A stretch of 63,324 nt of DNA, counting the filler, from Octopus bimaculoides (lineage: Eukaryota), in the NCBI RefSeq assembly GCF_001194135.2. It is 11 parts of 8 records of this genome, joined end to end, with 100 filler letters (N's around TTAATTAATTAA, not from the genome) between each part and the next. Parts side by side here need not be neighbours in the genome. Positions count along the whole stretch, not along the records: positions 43,883 to 55,478 come from NC_068981.1; positions 55,579 to 63,324 come from NC_069006.1; 9 more parts are not named here. One strand, given 5' to 3'. Position numbers and translations under genes: made by a program. Below are positions 54,335 through 63,324 of the stretch, piece after piece. A model generated the notes under the pieces. That model made no database searches and was not told where the DNA came from. It was given only the letters and a program-made list of their open reading frames with translations. Each line of letters begins with the position of its first letter. The first letter of the stretch is position 1.

Positions 54335-54591
54335 TATATCATTTATCTTTTATCTTTACTTGTTTCAGTCATCAGACTGCGGCCATGTTGGGGAACTGCA
54401 TTGAAGAATTTTTAGTTGAATGTATCAACCCCAGTACTTATTTTTTTAAAGTATGATACTTATTCTATTGGTCTCTCTGGCTGAACCACTAGGTTATGGG
54501 GACATAAACACACCAGCACAGGTTGTCAAGTGACAGTGGGGATGACAAACACAGACACAAAGACACACACACAAACACACACACACACACA
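54335..54591 (-). mobile_element. SINE family A tail, interrupted by the maT element
   Basis: Tail and (CA)n microsatellite run directly into the transposon TIR. Confidence 0.8.
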
Positions 54592-55448
54592 CAAGGTGCA
54601 GTAAATAAACTGTCGTCTAAATTACACAAAAATGAAAATATCACTGACATCTCATTTTAACAGATATATTGACCAAAATTACATAAAGATATCCTGAAAT
54701 ACTAAAGTAAATTTATTCAATAAAATTGCCATTGGTTTCAGCCATGGCCCCCAAATGACTTTGGAATCTCGTGATTCTTCTAGATGGTCTCCTTGTTTAA
54801 GTTGGTCAATGCTACCATAATCCTTGCCTTCAGTTTATCTATGGTGTTACAAGGAATTTTTTGGTCTCTCGCTCAACTGTGCCCAACATATAATAATCAA
54901 GGGGGTTGCAATCTGGAGAGTTAAACGACCAGATGTTAGGGGTGATGTGGTCACAGACAGCCATGACTGGGTTCTCCTTGTGTGACATGCTGCAGAGTCC
55001 TGTTGCCAGACACAGGGTCTTCCAGTAGCCACTCTCTTGATCCAGGGCAGCACTACCTCCTCCAAGAACTTGATGTAGGCCTCTGTGTTGAGCCTGAAGC
55101 CATGTGGGAAGATGAATGGAGGCATAACGTTGCCTTCACTAGTCATCCCTCCAAACACGATGATGTTGACTGGATGTTTCCTTTTTATCACTCTCAGTAC
55201 ATGTTTGTATTGGTGCATGTTCTTATTGGAGCTTCCAGCACTTCACATAGGAGATTCTGGCATGAATGCCAAGCAGTACAGCATGTCATTTCCAAATTTC
55301 TGGCAGAGTGAATTGCATCATGATGCTGTTTTTCTCACATATGGTGCCCAACGGACCCTACTATACTGTGTAGTCGACAAAATCTAAAACAATGCACATG
55401 CAAGAAATTAAAAATATAAAATGGCAACAATTTACCCATTGCACCCTG
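54592..55448 (-). mobile_element. Second maT-like element, internally deleted (857 bp)
   Basis: Same TIRs as 28215-29727, ending GCACCCTG|TA. Encodes KHPVNIIVFGGMTSEGNVMPPFIFPHG..VWQQDSAACH; most of the N-terminal half is missing. Confidence 0.88.
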
Positions 55449-55599
55449 TATATATGTATGCATATATATATATATATANNNNNNNNNNNNNNNNNNNNNN
55501 NNNNNNNNNNNNNNNNNNNNNNTTAATTAATTAANNNNNNNNNNNNNNNNNNNNNNNNNNNNNNNNNNNNNNNNNNNNATCGATAAAGTAAATACTTCT

Positions 55600-55807
55600 T
55601 TTACTCCTTTACTCGTTTCGGTCAGTTGACTGTGGCCATGCTGGAGCACCGCCTTTATAGTCGAGCAAATCGACCCTAGGACTTATTCTTTGTAAGCCTA
55701 TTACTTGTTCTATCGATCTCTTTTGCCGAACCGTTAAGTTACGGGGACGTAAACACACCAGCATCAGTTATCAAGCGATGCTGGGGAGGACAAACACAGA
55801 CGCACAA

Positions 55808-55838
<31 letters not shown>

Positions 55839-56000
55839 CATATATACGACGGGCTTCTTTCCGTCTACCAAATCCACTCATATGGCTTTGGTCGGCCCGA
55901 GGCTATAGTAGAAGACACTTGCCCAAGGTGCCACGCAGTAGGACTGAACCCAGAACCATGTGGTTGGTAAGCAAGCTACTTACCACACAGCCACTCCTGA
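55600..56000 (-). mobile_element. SINE family A, full length
   Basis: Matches the reverse complement of 48243-48669. Confidence 0.88.
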
Positions 56001-56261
56001 ACATTAGAGTTAATGTAATCGACCATCCTCTGGAACCGAACTTTCAGCTCTTGAGACTAGAGTAGAAATAATTTTTCTCAACTGGCTGTTAAACAAACGA
56101 ACAAAACTAGACAGGAAAAACAAGAGAAGTAATCGTAGTATTTAAAATACAACACTAAAAGTCTTTCGTAGAAGGATTATATTATTTACGTTTATATATT
56201 AAAGTAAAGACTTTATGCAACTGGAAAACTATTAGAAAATATCTACTATAGCGCTATAAGT

Positions 56262-56490
56262 TGGTGGCGCACAGCTTAGTGATTAGAGTGTTGGACTCAT
56301 GATCGTAAGAGTGTGGTTTCGATTCCTAGACTGGGTGATGCGTTGTATTCTTGAGCAAACCACTTCATTTTTCATTTCTCCAGTCCACTCAGCTGATAAA
56401 AAGGAGAAATTCTACGACGGGCTGGCGTCCCGCCTAGTAGGGAATTTATACGCCAGAGAAACCGGGAAACCGGGAAATCCTTACAGAGTG
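56262..56490 (+). mobile_element. Diverged tRNA-derived SINE with V-domain-like body
   Basis: Head TGGCGCACAGCTTAGTGATTAGAG..GTTTCGATTCCT; GACGGGCTGGCGTCCCG; AGAAACCGGGAAACCGGG tail as in 29186-29494. Confidence 0.7.
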
Positions 56491-56524
56491 ATGTGGACTA
56501 ACCAATCATAGTGCTATAGGAATA

Positions 56525-56805
56525 TGAAATAATTGTTTTTTTGGAACAGTGGATCTCGAAGCATGTAAGGCTATAAATAATAGCATGTAAATATTTGATT
56601 GAAAGACCCATTTGGATAGAAAAATTCGAAGTCTATCTGTGGGACTCGAGAAAGCCTTTCATATCTACAAGAGATACAGGTTCCAATCCCGGAGACAAAC
56701 TTCGACATTTTCTATCCAAAAAGGATTTTTAACCCGATATTTGCATGCTGTTATTTATAACTTTATATGCTTCGAGATCCACTGTTCCAAAGAAAAACTA
56801 TTTCA
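56525..56805. mobile_element. ~280-bp foldback element
   Basis: Arms ~56525-56644 and ~56687-56805; perfect 24-bp core at 56541-56564 / 56767-56790; 42-nt spacer. Confidence 0.85.
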
Positions 56806-57048
56806 CGTTCTTTAGAAGGTTTATACAACAAAAATTCTTATGATGTCAACTGTAAGAAATATTTAATTCATTGCAAACGATACAAACCTTGAAATGAAAA
56901 GAGAGAATTGTTTTCTTCCTCGGGGGAAGTCAGCAAACATGGAAGAGTGTTTGGAAGGATTGTTGTGAAAAGAAAGAGAGGACATAACATTGAGAGAAAG
57001 TAAGACAATTAAACAATATGAAAACTAAGCAAAGGACGGGGTTACAGA

Positions 57049-57049
<1 letters not shown>

Positions 57050-57103
<54 letters not shown>

Positions 57104-57131
57104 GAAGAAGAAGAAGAAGAAGAAGAAGAAT

Positions 57132-57178
<47 letters not shown>

Positions 57179-57416
57179 TAATAATAATGATAATGATTAT
57201 AATTTTTGTCTTGTTATTCTGCTTGCCAGGGGAGCAATAGATAAAGGGACATTGCAAGGACAAATTATAAAAGCGCTTCGACAGTTTATGATGAATTTAC
57301 GAAAGCAAAAGCAAGCATTAAAAATACAGGATTATGATGATAATAATGGTGACGACGACGACGACGACGACGACTATGATGATGAGTTCAACACCAAACG
57401 CAATGATAATGACGAC

Positions 57417-57455
<39 letters not shown>

Positions 57456-57465
57456 AACAATGACG
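57050..57465. repeat. (AAT)n, (AAG)n, (GAC)n and (GAT)n triplet cluster
   Basis: Direct reading; the poly-N/K/D ORF is incidental. Confidence 0.95.
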
Positions 57466-57844
57466 GTTCTCGAAGCTTCTGATCTTAACTGATTTCAAGT
57501 GTTATCATGTACATGCTTTGTCTTGGTGTAAAAGATAGGCTACACCAAATATTCTGTACAATACCACAGATTTGTTTGTCAGTTGTTTGACCTTAACCAG
57601 TTGAGCATGTCCCTTGGTGGCTGACGATATGTGCATCTCTGATCACGAGCAGAAGTAGTGGGGGAGCATCATAGCCATGTGTTGAGAGGAATTCTTTGGG
57701 GGTTTTGAGCGTGATGGGCTTCTCGACCAGAAGAAAATTCTACCTGGAACCTACCCGCAATGTCATGCACTTTTTTTTATCTTGATATGAAGTCACCATG
57801 TAGCGAACATATGCCTTTGAAGCATATGCCTGGCGTACCGTTAT

Positions 57845-58070
57845 CAGACGCAAACCATCGCAAGTTCTGCAGTATGCGGTAGTTAGTATCTTTTGGAATT
57901 TCAGTTTTCAGATTATCAGGAAATACAGGCTAATTGACCAGATATTGTGAAAAATCAATTGACAAGACGTGTCTACTGATGGATGTTGCAGCCCAGTCGG
58001 AAAAAAATATATCTTTGAAAACGTTTGGGAAATTGAGCAAATATGAGGACCTGAAGATTGAAATCGGCTC
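57845..58070 (+). mobile_element. R4/Dong-type restriction-like endonuclease remnant
   Basis: AVVSIFWNFS..KTCLLMDVAAQSEKNISLKTFGKLSKYEDLKIEI (cf. ILWDF..RPDIV..LIDV..KxxKYxDL). Confidence 0.78.
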
Positions 58071-58129
58071 AGTACATGCACTGGCCAGTATGTTGCACAT
58101 GCAGTCTCTATCACAAGACAATAATAGTT

Positions 58130-58510
58130 AGCAAGAACACTTAGAGAGCGTAAACCTCGGCCAATGCAACACCAACGTCCTCTCAACGATTGGCCAGAGA
58201 TGATTTTTAAAATGAGAATATCTGAAATAAACTCGGCTGCTCTCACAAACGAGAATACTAAAAAAGAACCCGACCGCTCTCAAAAATTAAGTAGAAATAA
58301 AACAGAAAAAATAATCCAGAATCCTTGTCCAGTACCGAATTGATCCCAAAATCTAATCAGTTTGTGCCAATCACGGGGCCCAACATCCCTGAAAGTTTCA
58401 TCCGAATCGATCCAGCGGTTCTTGAGATATCTTGTCCACGGAAAACAAACAAACCAACAAACAAACACGACTGAAAACAATACCTCCGCCTTCGCTAAGG
58501 CGGAGGTAAT
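58130..58510. mobile_element. Non-autonomous Helentron-type element (HINE/DINE-like)
   Basis: 5' subterminal ACCTCGGCC at 58154-58162; AAAGTTTCATCCGAATCG core; (AAAC)n; 3' hairpin TACCTCCGCCTT-CGCT-AAGGCGGAGGTA at 58481-58508. Confidence 0.7.
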
Positions 58511-58764
58511 AAGATTTATTTGTGTATTATCTGCCATCTTAATCAGTTTCTCACCTATGCACACCTGTCCTTTGTGTATAATATATATTTTCAGCTGAAA
58601 AGCAGATGATACCTGATAACATTTATTTTACTCAACATCGGAATAAGAAATATTTCTTTTATAACTTAATTCTTATTGGCGTGTTTTAACTCGTACACAT
58701 CTCAATGCATAGATATTTGTTCTTTTCCACCTAGTTTGAAGAGAGTATTCTTTTATTGTTTTAT

Positions 58765-59145
58765 TCTTTTACTTGTTTCGGTCATTTGACTGCGGCCATG
58801 CTGGGGCGCCACCTTAAAGTGCATTAGTCAAAAACATTGAACCCCCAGGACTTATTCTTTGTAAGCTTAGTACTTATTCTATCGGTCTCTGCCGAACCGC
58901 TAAGTTACGGGAACATAAGCACACCAGCATCGGTTGTCAAGGGATGATGGGGGACAAACCCAAACGCGCGCGCGCGCACACATATGTATATACGACGGGT
59001 TTCTTCCAGTTTCCGTCTACCAAATCCCTCACAAAGCATTGGACGGCCCGAGACAATAGTAGAAGACCGTTTCCCAAGGTGCCACGCAGTGGGATTGAAC
59101 GCAGAACCATGTGGTTGGGAAGCAAGCTTCTTACCAGACAGCCAC
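58765..59145 (-). mobile_element. SINE family A, full length
   Basis: Family match; internal microsatellite is (CG)n(CA)n. Confidence 0.85.
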
Positions 59146-59324
59146 AATAAAATTATCAAAAAGCTATATCGGGAAATATTTCAAATTCGGAAAATATTTA
59201 AAAATAAACTTTAATTGCAAAAAATTTAGAGCTTACAGAGAAAAACTAACTTCGTATTTGAATTCAGCTTGCTCAGATTAGGTAATAGCAATCGTTGGTA
59301 TCTCTGCAGCAAGAATTTTGTTGG

Positions 59325-59610
59325 CCAGTGTAACTGGTAGGAATAAAAACCACCACAAGTTGTGCAGAATGCGGTAGTTGGCATTCTTTGAAATTTCAGT
59401 ACTCGTTCTTATCGAGATATACAAGCTAACCGACTATATATTTTTGTGAAAAATCACGTGCCTTTTTGCTGCAGCCCCGGCCGAAAAAAGAAAAAAAAAC
59501 AAAGAACATTTTTGAAAACGCTTGAGAAATTGAGCAAATATAAGGACCTGGAGATGGAAATCAGAAGCAAGTAAAATCTGAATGCCATAAACTATTATGA
59601 ATGGCAAAGA
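59325..59610 (+). mobile_element. Second R4/Dong-type RLE remnant
   Basis: NW*E*KPPQVVQNAVVGIL*NFS..IQANR..LEKLSKYKDLEMEI. Confidence 0.75.
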
Positions 59611-59719
59611 ACCTCAGAGAAATTTTATTCAAGATGGGAAACGGAATCGAACCCGAATGCACGCGGCTGAGAATCGAACTCCATAACCACACCCCCTTAC
59701 CTGCATCCTGCACTGCCTG

Positions 59720-59875
59720 CTTAATGGTTATCGTAGTCAACGGCATGGGCAACTTTTTTTAAGAAGCGGGCCGCATGAAACATGGTTAATCATCAGGTGG
59801 GCCGCACTACTAAAAAATTCAAGTAATTTTTCGTTAGGTGAGCCATTTGGCAAAACTTGCGGGTCGCAATTTACT
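59720..59875 (+). mobile_element. hAT-like transposon end fragment
   Basis: GGCATGGGCAAC terminus-like motif and repeated GCGGGCCGCA subterminal motifs. Confidence 0.5.
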
Positions 59876-61041
59876 CATAACTGGATTAAACAAAGAGCGG
59901 CCGGGATGAACGCATTAGTAACAAGCCAACAAGAGTGAGCGTTCTATACGGAAGACATAGCAACGAAACCTCTAAGAAATAATTCTCTATTGTTATACAA
60001 AAACAAAAAATAATTTGAGGAAGGAAGAAATAAAGAAAAAAACGGAAGGACGCATTCGATAATTCTGTCCCAGATAAAATGACTGAAAAACAGATAAATA
60101 AATAAATGTGAGCTGCTCACGGCTGGAATGTATTTTATCATAGGTCATCTCATTCACAGAACACCTGGGGCCATAAACAGATGTAACGGACATAAGAAGC
60201 TGATGTATAACATTTAAATACACAGAAGTCAGCTTTAGTCTTCGAAATCAATATAATCCTTTTAGTAATATATTCAAATTAGCTGTAAGCAAAGTCAGCA
60301 TAGATAGTTGTCAAAAAATTACTTCCACACACATTCATATCTGCCTCTCTCTCTCTTTCTCCATTTCTGTCTCTTTCTGTCTCTCTTTCTCTTTCTCTTT
60401 CTCTCTCTCTCTTTCTCCCCCCCCTCTCTCTCTCTATCTATTTCTATCTATATAGATATCACACACAAACGGACATTTAACACGTTTTGCAGAAAAAAGT
60501 AAAAGAAAAACGAAAGAGAAATCGAGAGAACATGGTTTCTCTCTTCCTCTCAATATTTTCACTAGATTTTCTCTGTAAAATATGTGTGTATATAAGTTTC
60601 TGTATATAATTTNNNNNNNNNNNNNNNNNNNNNNNNNNNNNNNNNNNNNNNNNNNNNNNNNNNNNNNNNNNNNNNNNNNNNNNNNNNNNNNNNNNNNNNN
60701 NNNNNNNNNNNNNNNNNNNNNNNNNNNNNNNNNNNNNNNNNNNNNNNNNNNNNNNNNNNNNNNNNNNNNNNNNNNNNNNNNNNNNNNNNNNNNNNNNNNN
60801 NNNNNNNNNNNNNNNNNNNNNNNNNNNNNNNNNNNNNNNNNNNNNNNNNNNNNNNNNNNNNNNNNNNNNNNNNNNNNNNNNNNNNNNNNNNNNNNNNNNN
60901 NNNNNNNNNNNNNNNNNNNNNNNNNNNNNNNNNNNNNNNNNNNNNNNNNNNNNNNNNNNNNNNNNNNNNNNNNNNNNNNNNNNNNNNNNNNNNNNNNNNN
61001 NNNNNNNNNNNNNNNNNNNNNNNNNNNNNNNNNNNNNNNNN

Positions 61042-61082
<41 letters not shown>

Positions 61083-62247
61083 AAAGAAGATATCTGTGTC
61101 TATATAATACACATACAACTGCTCAAGTAGCCATCTGTTGACACAACGAGCATCGAGCATTTAGGTTTCAGTTAAAAGACAACAGCGTCTTAGGCTAATA
61201 ATAGTCATTGCCTGAAATCTAACGGTCTTTGTTGAATGGTAAACTTGAACAGTATTCACAGCTGTGATAATCAATATCTGAATATTATTGTTATAACAAT
61301 GGTGATTTTTGGAGTGAATGTATATTTGTGGCTGTTCTGTTTTTATGCTGGCTACTCTGTGTCCTGTGTATGTATGTATGTTCTTAGTTACGTATGCATG
61401 TATGGATCTAGGTCCGTATGTTTGGATGTATCTAATTTCACATGAATGTATTTATATATTTATATATATATATATNNNNNNNNNNNNNNNNNNNNNNNNN
61501 NNNNNNNNNNACATACTGAGAATCTTTGACGATTCCCTGCCCTGCATATCTAGATATATAGATAATCATAAATATATAGGGATTGACAGTAACCTGCTTC
61601 TCCAACATACTGAGAATCTTTGACGATTCCCTGCCCTGCATATCTAGATATATAGATAAATAGATAGATAGATATGTGTGCATGTACCTGTGGATGTATC
61701 CTCCTGTGTATTTATGTATATATGCATCTATGTATAAGTATGCATGTACGCACGTACGTATGTCTGTATGATTGTGTGTATGTATGCATATATATATGTA
61801 TTTATGAATGCATGTGTGTTTGTATGTTCTAGTTTTGAAGTTTCTCACCAATAAAGAGAGAAAAAAAAACAACAAACACCATCTGTAAATCAAACGAACA
61901 TCAACCAGGCAGTCACATCTATTTTGTCCTTTGTGGTTTATTAAAACATTTTCGCTTTTAGACTTCAAGCCGGTCACTGACAATGATCGAAGATTCTTTT
62001 GTCTAAATCATGACAGCTCTTTGAGTATGTAGCTATCTAGTTTGCTTAGCGTGCATGTGTATGCTTGGGGATAAACTGGCTGTTGTGTACTGGGTATGCA
62101 TATCCCTTTATACACAAACGCTTGTACTTCGTAACCGTTTATGTGCGTGCGCGCCAGCCTCTGGATTTGAAATTCACATTTTGACCCTTTATTTATTTCA
62201 GTCACTGAACTGCGACCATGCCGGAGCACCGTCTTGAAAGGCTTAGT

Positions 62248-62420
62248 CCAGTGATTCTTAACCAGGGTCCATGTGACCCTTAGTGCTTCATATAAGATCT
62301 ATGGGGGTCCACAGAAGCAAATTAGTAAATTGGGGATGCGCAATAGCATTTTAAGGATTATGACAGTAAAGTTTTCTTTAGATGTATTTATTGCGAGAAA
62401 CAGCTAGGGTTCTCTCTCTA
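62248..62420 (+). mobile_element. hAT/Charlie-like 5' end fragment
   Basis: CAGTGATTCTTAACC resembles the Charlie TIR CAGTGGTTCTCAACC. No right TIR seen; a family-A SINE follows at 62440-62610. Confidence 0.5.
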
Positions 62421-62959
62421 ATGTTTAAGCGCATGCGTGGTTGTGTATAAGTGCAGGCATGGTTTAGTAAGAAGCTTGCTTCCCAAACACATGGTTCCGG
62501 GTTCAGACCCACTGCGTGGCAACTTGGGCAAGTGTCTTCTACTATAACCTCGGGCCGACCAAAGCCTTGTGAGTGGATTTGGTAGACGGAAACTGAAAGA
62601 AGCACGTGAATGTGTTTGTAGGTGTGTGTATGTGTATATATATATATATGTGTGTGTGTGTATGTGTGTGTGTGTGTGTGTGTGTGGATATTTATATATA
62701 TATATATATGCATATGTATGTGTATGTATATATATTTGCATGTATGTGTGTATGTGTATATAGTTGTATGTGTGTGTGTATGTATGTGTGTATATGTATA
62801 TATATTTGTTTTTTATAANNNNNNNNNNATGTGTGTATATGTATATATATTTGTTTTTTATAATTGTATACGTCTTATGTGAATATGTACTTCTTTATTT
62901 TACTTGTATCTTCCCTCACACTTGCACCCCTGCATGTGTATGTGTGAGTGTATGCACGG

Positions 62960-62996
<37 letters not shown>

Positions 62997-63324
62997 TGTT
63001 CTGTGTGTGCGTATGTATGAATGTATATCCTTATGTATTAACTGTATACTTCTTATTTATCACTTGTAATTTTATAATAATTTTCCCGTTCATATATTCG
63101 TTTTTTGTTCCTACTTATTTCTGATTGTCTCCCCTACTCCGGGGTAGTTTTTCGAGTAAAGTAACTATCTTGAATACACCGGCCGGTCTTGTCTGATCGA
63201 TGCTTTTTCCTTGTTAAGTTCTCTTTGGTTTTTTCTCTGCATGTATGTACATTTTTACTTTAATATTATATTAAATCAAATTTTAGTAAATCTAGATATG
63301 CTGAGGATTATTTCTTCTTCATAT

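Noticed and set aside
61511-61659. Perfect 55-bp direct repeat with a 94-bp period
   Set aside because: Abuts a gap; probably an overlap or collapsed-repeat artefact, like the duplicated flanks of the 10-N gap at 62819.

Overview
Eukaryotic, AT-rich, gap-ridden draft-genome scaffold, most likely Octopus. The species call is inferred from the SINE families and assembly style, not verified by search. There are no prokaryotic features, and almost all listed ORFs are microsatellite or N-run artefacts. One host gene can be supported: four minus-strand exons (54179-54131, 50503-50436, 46982-46890, 44324-44259) splice in frame, with canonical GT-AG sites, into 92 aa of polynucleotide kinase 3'-phosphatase (PNKP), covering the end of the phosphatase domain and the linker to the kinase. 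Its other exons were not found and may lie in gaps or on other contigs. The rest is repeat DNA: at least 4-5 tRNA-derived SINE families; decayed mariner, maT-like (DD37D), Tc1/mariner, hAT and piggyBac-like DNA elements; RTE, L1/Tx1, R4/Dong-type and Penelope retroelement fragments; a Helentron-type non-autonomous element; several foldback/palindromic elements; and abundant microsatellites. The most unusual structures are a circularly permuted, inverted 256-bp copy of a SINE-SINE junction whose period (217 bp) equals the spacing of two tandem SINE heads, a SINE flanked by ~120-bp direct repeats, a hammerhead-like core in a Penelope terminus, and two palindromes sharing a terminal motif. Ten 100-bp spacers (N44-TTAATTAATTAA-N44) are assembly joins, so long-range order is uncertain.
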